From the NCBI RefSeq assembly GCF_009914755.1, contig NC_060927.1: a stretch of DNA of 64,000 nucleotides, one strand, 5' to 3'. This document shows, one piece after another, positions 1 to 14,130 of this stretch. Position numbers and translations under genes: made by a program. Within the stretch, counting starts at the first letter, position 1, and each line of letters begins with the position of its first letter. The notes beneath the pieces were generated by a model. The model was not told where the DNA came from. It ran no database searches and worked only from the letters and a program-made list of their open reading frames with translations. Origin of the DNA: the human T2T-CHM13v2.0 reference genome, Homo sapiens.

Positions 1-375
1 AGAATACCATGCAGCCATAAAAAGTAACACAATCGTGTCCTTTGTAGAAACATGGATGCGGATGGAGGTCATTATCCTAAGCAAATTAATGCAGGAACAG
101 AAAATCAAACATTGCATGTTTTCACTAATAAGTGGAAGGTAAACATTGGGTACTTATGGATATAGAGACGGCAACAATAGACACTGGGAACTACTAGACG
201 TGGGAGGGAGGAAGGAGAGCAAAAGTTAAAAAATTATCAGGTACTATGCTCACCACCTGGGTGACGGGACCAGTTGTACCCCCAACCTCAGCTGCATGCT
301 GTATGTCCATGTAACAAACCTGCACATGTACCCCCTGTATCTAAAATAAAATTTCAAATTATTAAAAAAAAAAAA
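1..375 (+). mobile_element. L1 3' end (older L1P/L1M-type), truncated by window edge
   Basis: L1 3'UTR motifs (GCAGCCATAAAAAG, CATGTAACAAACCTGCACATGTACCCC) ending in AATAAA and an A-tail. Confidence 0.85.
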
Positions 376-378
376 TAG

Positions 379-691
<313 letters not shown>

Positions 692-913
692 CTACTTTTC
701 CTTTGTAACAAAAATAAAAGTTACCTATAAGAGTTAAAGGTAAATAAAATTTGTAATTTTATTTTTAATTAAGAAACACTAAGTAAACATACAACTTCCA
801 AGAAGCCGGGTTCCCCACTACCTGGTTATAAGTAAGTCTACAAACCTAAATGAGCATTGTACAGCGCTTACTATAGTTCATAATTATTCTGTCATCAGGG
901 ACAAACATTGTAA

Positions 914-1301
<388 letters not shown>

Positions 1302-1959
1302 TGAGAAGCCAGACTGAGCGCTTATACAATTAGTCCAAAGATCCCCAAACAACATTTAAAGGCTGTCTACAAATTCAAGCTAAAAGACTGTGTACAAATT
1401 CATTTGTGTGTCACAAAACATTTAATACTGAAAGAGATTCTTATTCAAATAGGCAGTGTGTAAATGTGGGGTCTGTTAACAGTTCAAATTGCAGATTCCT
1501 TTCCTTCTTTAAGTTTTCATTGCACCACCACGAACTAAACCATTTAACATACCTCAGAGGTCTCTGGGTACCTAGTCTCTCAGAGGCCTTTGGAGGCCCA
1601 CGAAGGCTTATCTTAACTAAAATTGGCAGGGCTGGCTGATAAAGTTAACGGAACTCCCCATTTTGGAGGCAGACTTAGTAATGGTCAAACGAAGAAACTG
1701 TTGTGGTCTGTTCTTAAAAAGCTACTAGTATTTAGTGCTTCACAGAGGAAGTAAAGAAAGCAATAATCCGAGATGAGGAGGAGCAAATACAGGCGTGGCG
1801 GTAGTTCAGGACTGAGTCTACAAGGGCGGTTCTCAAGGGCGTCACAAAATCCTATGGAAGGCTTGGAGGACGGCACTCCTGGATCTGAGCCCTACGTCCC
1901 AAACACCTTCAATCGTATTGTGAGGAAGAAGACCTTTTACACACTCCCTGCTGCTGGCC

Positions 1960-2900
1960 CCCGGCCCCCTCGCCCCACCTCCGAGTGGTCACATCACACG
2001 GCGGGAGCCGCGGTCAGCAGCTGTGATCACACCCCCAGGACCGTGCTCTGCGGGCTGGGCTCGAAGCCTTGGGACGCGGCACTTCCTGGTTGGTACGGGA
2101 TGCCGGTCCCATCGCCCCCACCAGCCCAGTCATGCCACCGCGCACCCGAACCAAGGGCGCCCGGATGACCTGGGGACACCACACACACTGCACCCGAAGC
2201 CCTGTGGCGGCGAGGCGGTGCATCCTGCAGAGGACGCCTGGGCTTCAGCCTGAGCCTGCGCGGCTCTGCGCTCCAGGCAGCCGCCCGCGCGGCAAAAGTG
2301 CGTGCCAGAGTTGTCAGCTTTCACCCTGCAGGAATTCCACCCGAAGGCGTGCGAGGGAGGCCCTTGGGGATCGCTAGGGAGTCCGCCGCCGACTCACTCG
2401 CTGAAATCCCGTCCAAGTTGGGCGGGGAGCGGCCAGCTGCCCAGGTTGGGCGGAGGAGGGACGGAGGGCGAGGGCAGTGGAAACCCGGCTCCCACGGGCG
2501 CCCGGTGATCCGGGTCTCGGCGCGGCTCCTACCTGCAGGGCGAAGGGGCCGCTAGCACCTGCGCGTTGGCGGCGGACTCTCAGGGCTCGGGTGCCTCTGG
2601 CACAGCTGGAGCTCAGCGGGAGGGAGGGAGAGAGGGCGGGCCGGAGGGGGCTCTGCGCTGCGCGGCCGGCAGGAACTCTCCGCCCGGATTCGCCCCGGAT
2701 TCGCAGGGGTGGAGCGAGGCGGTGCCAGGTCCCGGGGCGTCGCGGTGCCGGCTGGAGGCCCCAGCGGGGCAGGTCTCGCGACTGGGCCTCTGATCGCCCG
2801 CGTTCCTTGTTCTCTCTTTTCCCAAAGTTTCATAACTCGACCGCATCACCCTAGGGAATGCTCGCTATTAGGACCATTATCAGGTCCTCTCGAGCCGCCA
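1960..2900. promoter_or_regulatory. PLD1: CpG island promoter with GC boxes (probably the PLD1 promoter)
   Basis: Very GC- and CpG-dense block with GGGCGG/CCGCCC boxes (e.g. ~2635, ~2680). Gene assignment is from recalled gene order (PLD1 divergent and upstream of TMEM212), not from coding sequence. Confidence 0.75.
2533..2620 (-). other. PLD1: Non-coding first exon (5'UTR) of a minus-strand gene, probably PLD1 exon 1; TSS approximate
   Basis: Minus-strand donor CCTGCAG|GTAGGA (plus CTCCTACCTGCAGG, GT at 2532-2531) immediately downstream of GC boxes inside the CpG island. Confidence 0.6.
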
Positions 2901-4124
2901 AGGACCAGCCACCTTTCCCGGAGCTTTGCCTATGATATCTATTCTTCGACTACTGCGGATAGTAGCCACAACTGGTCCAACTTATAAGTAAGGAATCAGC
3001 AAATCAAACGGCTAAATAACTTGCCTGAGGTGACATAATTAAGAGACTGGAGCTTTGCTGGAGTCTTTATAAGCCTTCTTGCACCTCCTTAGGGAAGTGT
3101 TATCGCCAATTTACAGGTAAGGAAATGAAGGCTCAGAACCAGCCCGAGGTCACACAGCTTAGATGGAGGGGGACGGGAATTTGTGTCCCGATGTCTCTAA
3201 AACTGGTTATAATTCAGAAATCTTAGCATAAAATAATAAATTGGGAGCAAAACAGGGAAAAGACCCATTCCACCTATGGAACCGTTCAAACACGGCAATT
3301 TTGCTGTTTTCAGTCCACTTAGAATAAAGTCTTAAGAAAAAGAGAACCAGTTGTCATGTGGCTTGAATAGCAGCCCTTTGGGAATGTAATTTTGAATATA
3401 GGCCAGTTCCAACCTCATTACACGATATTGCATCCCGCCAAAGCCAAGGGAAGCAATGGCCTCCCCATGCACCAAACTGCTAATAACGTCAGCCACTTTA
3501 AAGCATTTAGTGGATATTACACAACTGCGACTGACCAAGTTACATAATGTCTTACTGCACACATGGCATTGCATGAAATGAAAAATATAATATACCAGTC
3601 CAAATTAGGGGAGGGGGGCCAAATTATAGTCTGGAACTCAGTTTTCCTGTAACCTACAGTTGCTCAGCCCTCCTTAGACCACATTTTTGTCTCTTGAGCA
3701 CATCTTTTCCTAATGATAGAAGAGTCACACAGCCCTCACTCTTTCCTTGTTGACATAAATGATTGATGTCTTTTGAATCCTATGATACTGACAGATTTTT
3801 ACAATTAAACACATGGCTCTCTGAGCAGAGTATTGCCTAAGAGGAGTTTAGTAAGTTTCAGACAAGCATGTTACTGGAAGGCAGAATACCCTCTCTCCTC
3901 CCCTCTTTCTCAAGCTTTATTAGTCACAGATGGTCTGATAAGTCTTGTGCACACACGTAACTGCATTCTTACAAGCTTGTCTTTAGAAATTATAATGCTT
4001 TTGGTTGAGAAGCAGCAGTCTATAAAATTGCATCCCAAATTCTTAAGTGTCACTATGAAAACATTTGGCACTTGCCTCCAACAATAGGTCTTTCTACTAA
4101 ATCTAATTAGAAATAAAATTATCA

Positions 4125-4453
<329 letters not shown>

Positions 4454-6653
4454 TTACAATAACTGAATTTCTGCCTCCCTGGGATAGAGGAATAAAATAG
4501 GAAATGCCATATGTTGTTTAGAGATGAACTGAAGCTTATGGACTCCCAAACATGAATTTTAGAAGTAGTATGATTTTGTATGTAATTATTTTATTTTCCT
4601 GAGAGATTTTGTGATTTTTCTTTCCAAATCTTTCATATCTTCAAAGATGTCAAGAAACAGTGACTAAGTAATCATGCTATACATTCATCTCAATATGCAC
4701 TTGACATTTTTGTCAAAGTGGTATTTGAAATCCTTTTAATTGTTCTATTTTCTTCTGAGAATAAAAACATATATGTTCATTTTTATAATTTTAACATCTA
4801 TATTTTAGAAAAAAAATTTTACATCTGTGTTTTAGAGACCACAGAAAAACATTTTTAATTAAAATCACCTATAACTCCCACACACACACTCTCTATTAGC
4901 ATTTAGTATATTTCCTTATTTTTTCTATGCCCAGAGGTTTGTTATAAAATTAACACCATGCTTTACAGAGTTTAGAATCTTCCTTATCTCACTAAGTATT
5001 TATAAATTGACTATTTTTTACTGTTATTAAACTTTCTTTAAGATATCATTTCTGTGGTTGAAGAATATTACAATCATTTATCAAATGTTTTAGGATATTT
5101 TCAGACTTTATTGCAGTTTACAAATCATGCTAGAATGAACACTACGTTGCATCATCTTTGTCAAGATCTCTACATCCTTAGGATAGATTCCTAAAAGTAG
5201 AAATACTGGATCAGCATTTAGAAACATTTTTAAGGTGCTGTGTGATGCTGCAAAAATACCCTCCAGTATTAAATATTGCCTTGCTTATAACCTGAAAATG
5301 TCACGAATCAAAATCATATCTTGTTTTAATCAACTTTTTTATAATCAGTAATGCTGAACACGATTTTTTCATGTTATTATTTGTACCATTTACTGAAAAT
5401 GATCTATTCATGTCCATTACCTGTTCTTTTTCTATGGTAAATTAGTTTCTTGTTAATTTGCAATAATGCTTTCAACAGAAACAGAACTATTTTATCAAAG
5501 TGACATACAAATGGTGCTCCCCCAGATTTTCCCTTGTGGTACATTTGATACAAGCACTGCCATCCAGATCATCTAGTCATTTTGGGATACCAACATCTAT
5601 CATCTTTTCTGACAGTTCCATTTTCTTATAGAAAATTACCTCTCCCCAAATAGGCATAGGCCTGGCAAGACAGCAATTTCAAGCAGTAACCTCAAAAGTG
5701 AAGGTCAGATCCTTCTTCCATATTCCCACCACCATTCCATTTACCCTATAGGCCAGGTGGACTGAATCTCAGGGGATGAGGGAGCCGGTGATCTTTGAGG
5801 TTGAGCTTATTGAACAGAGACAGAAGCGGCCCATCAGCAGCTTTACCCTGACCAGTAAAACCTAGGAAACTTTTACTTCCTAGGTTTTGTGGGTCTTTTT
5901 TTTAAATCTTTTTGTTGCTTCCTTAGTTCCTGCTGTTCTTCCACTTTGTCTTGATTCTGTGAGGCCCCGGTGCCCTTTTCCTTCAGAGAGCAAGTCTGCA
6001 TTCATTATTTGTCCCCAATAATCCTCACTGACATAATCTGTATGACTTCTGTGCCCTTCAGTCCACCTGACAGTCTGTGGATTAGCAACTACTCATTTCA
6101 TTCATTCATTCGCAAACATCTAATTGCTAATGTTAATTAACCAATGCACATGTTTCTCTAGAGACATGGAGTATAGAGCAAGATGTTGTATCCCCAGTTA
6201 CCTGATGACATAAATCACTTCAACCACCATAACAGTGACTCACTGAAAGATCAGAACAGTGTCATTAGTGAGGCTCAAATTTTTTGTAAAAAAATGACAG
6301 TGGTTAACACCAAAAATCTCAAGAGAGAATGAGGAACACAGCAACACAGCAGATATTGCCAAGATGTGCAGAGCATTGTGTTTCTGTATCCTCATTTCAG
6401 CTTCCTGTGGCCCATTTGTATGTTTCATCATTTTTTCCAGCAACGGTCGACTTGTGAGCTGCCTAGCATGTGACTATAAAGGTCCCACACTGACGCCTAC
6501 AGCTCCCCCTGCAATACCAAAGATAAGTCTTCTCAGTCACCCATAGCCAGTCCCTGTGAAGCTTTTTCATGTCCAACAAGCCCAAATGGATCCCACTCCC
6601 CCTATCTAATGACTTTTTTGAAATATTTCTGTATTTTCAATGTTTACATAACC

Positions 6654-7172
6654 TTTTTTTTTATACTTTAAGTTCTAGGGTACATGTGCACAACATGCAG
6701 TTTTGTTACATATGCATACATGTGCCGTGTTGGTGTGCTGCACCCATTAACTCATCATTTACATAAGGTATTTCTCCTAATGCTATCCCTCCCCCAGCCC
6801 CCCACCCCACGACAAGCTTCGGTGTGTGATATTCCCTGCCCTGGGTCCAAGTGTTCTCATTGTTCAGTTCCCACCTATGAGTGAGAACATGCGGTGTTTG
6901 GTTTTCTATCCTTGCGATAGTTTGCTCAGAATGATGGTTTCCAGCTTCATCCATGTCACTACAAAGGACATGAACTCATCCTTTTTTATGGCTGCATAGT
7001 ATTCCATGATGTATATGTGCCACATTTTCTTAATCCAGTTTACCATTGATGGACATTTGGGTTGGTTCCAAGTCTTTGCTATTGTGAATAGTGCCGCAAT
7101 AAACATACGTGTGCTTGTGTCTTTATAGTAGCATGATTTATAATCCTTTGGGTATATATCCAGTAATGGGAT
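6654..7172 (-). mobile_element. 5'-truncated L1PA 3' end
   Basis: Reverse-complement L1PA 3'UTR (TTATACTTTAAGTTCTAGGGTACATGTGCACAAC); TSD AATGTTTACATAAC at 6639-6652 and 7173-7186. Confidence 0.92.
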
Positions 7173-7396
7173 AATGTTTACATAACTTTTATAATTTTAT
7201 TTGTTTTCATGGATTTGCACATTTATGCAAACTAGCATGATTAGTAAATAAGCAAACATGCAAAAAGCCATTTAAAAATGAATATTTGTTTGGAATAACA
7301 CAATTACATGCCAATTGGTTGCTGCAATTATATTAAAGAACTATAAGCGCAATTGAATTCAGTTTCCAAAAAAAAAAAAAAAAATCCATAAACTCC

Positions 7397-8050
7397 ACAA
7401 GAAATCTTTGCTCACTCCAATGTCCTGGAGAGTTTCCTCAGTGTTTTCTTTTAGTGGTTTTATAATTTGAAATCTTAGATTTCAGTCTTTAATCCATTTT
7501 GTAAATAAAATAAAATAAAATAAAATAAAGGATAATAGTAACTTACAGGTTAAGTCCATAGGGCTACTATGTTTAAAAGGATTACGAAGGGAGCCACATA
7601 TATGAATAGCTTTTAATGGAAAACCAACTGTAAATGGTATGTGAGAAAAACTATCATTGGATCAAAAAAAAAGTCTTTAACCTATTTTGAGTTGATTTTT
7701 GTGTATGATGAGAAATAGGGGTTTAGTTCCATTCTTGCGCGTATGGATATCCAGTTTTTCCAGCACCACTTATTAAAGAGACTGTCTTTTCTCCAGTGGA
7801 TATTCTTGGCACCTTTGTAAAAAATGAATTCACTGTAGATGTGTGGATTTGTTTCTGGGTTCTCTATTCAGTTCCATTAGTCTGTGTGTCTGTTTTTATG
7901 CCAGTACCATGCTGTTTTGGTTACTATGGCTCCATAGTATGATTTGAAGTAAGGTAATGTAATTCCTCCAGTTTCATTCTTTGTGCTTAGGATATCTTTA
8001 GCTATTCTGGGTCTTTTGTAGTTCCATATAAATTTTAGTATTGTTTTTTC
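7397..8050 (-). mobile_element. Older L1 ORF2 fragment, interrupted at 7502-7671 by an insert
   Basis: Antisense ORF2 motifs (GGATATCCAGTTTTTCCAGCACCAC, TTTTATGCCAGTACCATGCTGTTTTGG). Confidence 0.85.
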
Positions 8051-9745
8051 TAAGCAAATGTTTTCTGTAAAATAAAAGAATAGAAATAGAAAGACTCGTT
8101 ATAAATGTTGTTTAATGATTGTAAGAATGGTAAAACCTCCCAGGGTGAGAGTCAGTTGGATCCCTGCCTGTGTGCTTTCTAATCACTTAGAACCTCTGGA
8201 GAATTATAGAAGTGTTTTCTTGGCAAACATTTGCTGATAGCCAAGGGGTTTGGAAAACATTTTCATCTTCCTGCATCATTCTTCATTTTCCAGTAGAAAG
8301 GTCATCCTGTGGACACTCACACTAAACTGTTGCTGGTATCGTTTTTCACACTTGTACAATCTGTTGCCTTAAAGGTGCACTTTTAAACTCATGCCTTAGG
8401 CTAGTTTGTAAGGCCAGTCAAGACACCCTTACCCCACACCCCACATAAAGCAAAAGAATTTCTCAGAAACGTCTCAGCTTCAGTGGCCCTCAGGGTGTTC
8501 CTGGGAATCAGAACTCCCCTGTAGGAAAAAATATGTGTATGTGGAACAATCTGTTAGTTGACATGCTGACCCTGAATTACAGAACCTCTGCCCAAAAATG
8601 GGATTCTTCTATCCTTATAACAACAAAAAATCAGGCAAGAAATTTCAGAATTATAGACCCTTAACATTAAAATACATTGGAAAAGACCCTTGCCAGTCAA
8701 GAATACTGCAATTCTTTATTCATCTCCTATTCAGTGCTGGTACTTGCATAACTCCACAAGCTCCAAAACTCCTAGGATCAGATGAATTTATCATATTCAG
8801 AATTCTATGGATTTCAGAAACTATATACAATTCATATAGCATATATTATGTAATACCCCTGACGAGGTCTAGGGCTGCACCCCACAGTTAAACACCCTCA
8901 TATTTCTGCAGCAAAAGATGTGAATAGGCATATCGCATGGAAAAATAGACTGTAAACAGCTTCAGATCAATTCAGATCAGGTTTTGCTGCCAAGTGAGTC
9001 ACAAATAAAACTTTTGGTTTTCAGAAATTTTGGATTTTAGAATTATGAATAGGTGATCATGGACCTGAATTAAAACAGAATTGAGTAAACTCTGCAGATA
9101 AGCAAGAACTCTTTAAGAAGACTTTTCTACCACAACCAATTCATCCAGTGTCTTAGAGATCAATATTTTTTGTCAACTAATCAGAAGCATTGCATTTTTC
9201 TATTTTTAACAATTATATGTAACAAATAGATTCAAAACCCACTTGAGAGTCATTGTTGGGAAGACTTTTTAACTGAATTAGAAATGTCTATTTCCAAGCT
9301 TTTTAAAGTGAGCAGATATGAGAAGTTTTATAGATGATACGTACTTTCAGAAGTCAATCAGTTAAGAAGGAAGCACTGCAAAAGGCCTGCTTTCAGAATG
9401 CCGTCACCATAGCCTCAGTTGCCTTCAAAAGTGGAAACTCTCTAATTTGTTATTAAAGTGACACTTTTATTTTGAAGAGACAAGGCTAATTTCTTTTTAA
9501 AATTCTGCTTTACTACCATAGAATTGGCAGATACTTGTTATCATAGAAAAGACAGAATGTAAAGCACTAGTGTTTTTAGAAAATAAGAATAAGAAAATAA
9601 ATTTGACAACTATGAAACATACTCTGGCATGATATAACCAGTGTTCTCATCCGTGATACAGCATGTTTTCATAATCACTCATCATCTCTGCAGAGAACAG
9701 TGAACAGTTTACTACAAATGCCTGTCTTTGATAATATTATCTATA

Positions 9746-10262
9746 TGTGTTAGTCAGGGTTCTCCAGATAAACAGAACCAATAGGATATACAGAGAGATA
9801 TATAAAATAGGAATTTACATTAGGAATTCGCTTGCACAATTGTGGAGACTGAGAAGTCCCACAGTCCCCACTCTGTAAGCTAGAGGCCCAAGAAAGCTGG
9901 TGATACCATTCCAGTCCAAGCTTGAAGGCTGAAGAACCAGGGGGAGCTAATGGGGTATGTCACAGTCCAAGTTCCAAGGCCTGAGAACAAAGAGTGCAGA
10001 TGTCCTAAGGCAGGAGAAGATGAATGTCCCAGCTCAAAGAGAGTAAATTCATGTTTCCTCAGCCTTTTTGTTCTTTTGGGGAGCTCAATTGATTGTACGA
10101 TGCTCAACCAAGTTGGCAAGGGTGATCTTCTTTACTCAATCTATGGATTCATATGCTAATCTCTCCCAGAAACACCCTCACTAACATATCCAAAAATAAT
10201 GTTTTATCAGCTATCTGGGCATCCCCTAGTCCAATCAAGTTGACACATAAAATTAACCATCA
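9746..10262 (-). mobile_element. MLT2-type (ERV-L) solo LTR
   Basis: Termini TGTGTTAGTCAGGGTTCTCCAG...CAAGTTGACACATAAAATTAACCATCA typical of reverse-oriented MLT2. Confidence 0.8.
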
Positions 10263-10789
10263 ACTACATCAACAAAATCTTACAGCAAATTTGTGCACTT
10301 CTAGCTTCAACTTCTTTGCTACAAGAACATTTTGGTTTTTTATTAAAAGCAGTGAATAAATTTATTTTTGGAGCTATCTCTGTACCCTTATCCTAGAATT
10401 CAAGTTTTATTCCAGTCAAAGCAGCTGTTCCATCAGTGCACTGAGACAGTTTTTTTTCCATAAAACATTGTTTTTATAGTGGAAATCATGTGCACTGGAA
10501 ATATATTTTTCTTCTTCAATACATCGCTCTTTTTTGCTCAGTTGCTCTCAGCCCTATCAGAACAACACACCTTTTTATTTTTGCATTGTCTTCTTTGTCA
10601 TCTGGAAATGAAATTAATTCCTAATTTCAAAAATACATAAAATACACTGACAATAAATAAAAGAGAAATAAGAGAAAATAAATTATAACAAAATAGAATG
10701 TCTCTTAATATGTAAAATTCTTGAAGAAACCACACTAAAGACATAATAAAGGGGTTAGATGTTTGTACTATCTATGATGAATATACTTA

Positions 10790-11090
<301 letters not shown>

Positions 11091-11132
11091 GGAAGTATAA
11101 GAATTTTCATCTAATTATTGTCTACATTATTG

Positions 11133-11280
11133 CTTCTCAAATTTTTATATACATACAAGTCACCTCTGGATCTTGTGAAAATATGGATTCTGATTTCACA
11201 GGTCTAGAGTGGGACATTTCTAGCAAGTTCAGAGTGATTCCAATTCTCTGGTCCAAGGACGACATTTTGAATAGAGAGAG
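11133..11280. mobile_element. MER5-like hAT MITE
   Basis: GCTTCTCAAA...GGATCTTGTGAAAATATGGATTCTGATT...CATTTTGAATAG pattern. Confidence 0.55.
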
Positions 11281-11978
11281 TCAACATCATTTCCTTATAT
11301 GGACATTTGAATGTGACAGTTATAACTGTGGCCTGATAAAATTATTGCTGTCAGTGATATAACTTTCCAAATAGCCTCAAATCAATTCAGGTCTAGTTTT
11401 GCTGCCAAGCGACTTATGAACAATCAGTTCATGATTATTAAATAAGCAAGACTTGGTGGTGAGCAACTATCAGCGAAGTTCCAAACAAAGTACATTTTCT
11501 CCTCCATTTTACACTAGTTACATTCTCCCAAAATGTTGTGTATATGAGAAGAGTGCGAACAATATATTTAAGGTTTATGTATAAAACAGAGTGAGATGTG
11601 GGCTCAGAGAATTAGCAGGTTTTTCAGTTACTTGAATGTCCAGTAAGACCATTGGAAGTTTTGCAGGACAAGAGACAGTTCTTCAATGTATAAGACCATC
11701 CCATGCCTACAAGGACTTCTAGCATCCTTGGCCTCTACCCACTAAAATGCCAGTAAGTGCCTCCCAGTCACTGTATTGATCAAAGATGCCTCCCTATTTC
11801 CAGAATGTCCCAAGGATGCAGTATGCCTTCTGCTGATTGCCACTACTTGAATAAAACATAGAAATTACTTCTAATATATAATTAAAGCAAAATTTAGCAC
11901 AAACCAAGACATTATAGAAACATCCATTTTTTCCTCCAGTGCTGTAGCAAGCATCCCACACTGTGTAGTTTGTCCTAA

Positions 11979-12313
<335 letters not shown>

Positions 12314-13149
12314 TTACAACATTTTTTTTATGCATCTTCCAAAGTTTTTTCCTGATGTTTGGTTACCATATTGTTTTTCTTACATTATTTTAATTATCTT
12401 TACTTCAGCAAGAAAAACTTAAGGGAGAGTGCCTGTATTCATCCAAATGTTTTATTAACTTAATTTCTTATTTTTTAAAACAAAAGTAAATTAAAATTTA
12501 ATGCTTTCTACTCTGCAGAGAATTGTGAGACTAGGTTATTTTTGTTTAGTTGTACAGTTTAATATTTGCTCCTAGAAATTCTAATTTTACACATAACATA
12601 CAGAAATAAATTCTAATTAGAAAGTATCTTCCATAAATTCTATTCACTTGTCTATAATGGAATAATTCCTATAGACTTGCACCTTATGAAAATAGATTGA
12701 TTTGATATTAATATATAATATATACAGATGAAGAATTTTTTCTTGTAAATTTGTTAACAAATCTAGAACTTAAAAAATAGGCTAATATTTAAGTGAGATG
12801 GACTGTCATAATGAATGTTGAAATGCAATTAGGTTCAATAGATGTAAATGAGGAATATACTCATTCATTTTCTTTCATTTTTGTCCTCGGAGTTTTTTTC
12901 TCCATGTGATTCAACTGTACACCAATTAGAGCAGATGGATAATAAGCAATGACGATTTGTAGCCTTACACAAATTACATATGTATCACTAAAGTTTTGTA
13001 TATAAATATTGAAAGCAACAGTGAATGAGTTAAATCTGTTGAAAGAAAGAGAACAGAAAGGCTAAATCTTCAACTCTCTAATTAAGAAACATGAACCAAA
13101 GGGAGTGGAGGAGGGTAAAAGGAGAGAAAGATAAAGAAGAAATAACTGT

Positions 13150-14130
13150 GTTAGGAGTAAGTTATAAATTACCTGGCTCGCTGAAGACTCTGGATAATGT
13201 CTGAACTGTGGCCCACAGGGAAGACAGAGTGACAACATTCTCCGCAAAGTCTCACTCTGGTAAAAGGGATGTGTCTAACAAATTCTTGATTTGCCTTGTT
13301 CATAACTTCCTTGCAATGAAGAAATCTGCTATTCAGGATTTAATTCTGACGCATAAGGAAGAACTGGTTGGTAAGACAGGAATAAGGAGAATCTTGGCAG
13401 AAAGTGTGTATTTTTATCTTAACATTTACAACAGCCTCAAATGGGAACCCTGAGGCTACTTACATGCAAACTCTAAACATTAGAAAAGTAGATTTCACAA
13501 AAACATTGAAAGAAATTTTGACATGATTGTGTAGTGAGAGACTCTTCAAAGGAGGTTCTTAGAGTTTCCTGTCCCTCTGAATCACATACAGACGAGGTGG
13601 AAAGAGGGACCCAAAAGCAAGGACATATTCAAAGAGTAAGAATTGTTTTAGGAAGATGGAAGCCTGGAATAATGAAAGACTCATGATAAATACTAAGTTC
13701 ACATTTTAAAACTATTTGATGAAGCTATAGTTGGAGCAAGAAAAAGGAGGAAGAAGAGATGGAACCATTGCTGGGTCAGACCAGGAAAAGAGAACGCAGA
13801 ATTACTTAATTGTTATGTTAGCATTGTCCCTATCAAAGGGAATAATTTTCATGCTAAACAATAGAGAATAGCCACAAGGGTTAAGTCTAAGATAAGTGAA
13901 GAATCAGATAGGAAGAGAACTCTTGGCTTCTTTAAATTCCCTTCTTTAAACACAGATGCTTGATATTCCAGGACACTAAAAACATTGTAGATGCATTTGA
14001 AGAACCCATGCTTGGTAATATCTGAGGAGCCATAGAGAATATGAGTCACCAGAAGACTGGAAATCACAATCTGTTGTTCAGGGTTTCAGAAAGAAAGCTT
14101 TAGATGTGGCTCTAGATAATACGTACTAAT
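13150..14130 (+). mobile_element. Degraded CR1/L3 LINE ORF2 fragment (endonuclease-to-RT linker)
   Basis: Translation 13208-13453 contains SNKFLICLVHNFL and AIQDLILTHKEELV, resembling CR1 'SxxFLxxxxDNFL...LDLILTNxEELV'. Confidence 0.6.

Noticed and set aside
1773-2987. Many overlapping ORFs on both strands
   Set aside because: Low stop-codon frequency in a CpG island; low-complexity R/G/P/A peptides with no recognisable domain
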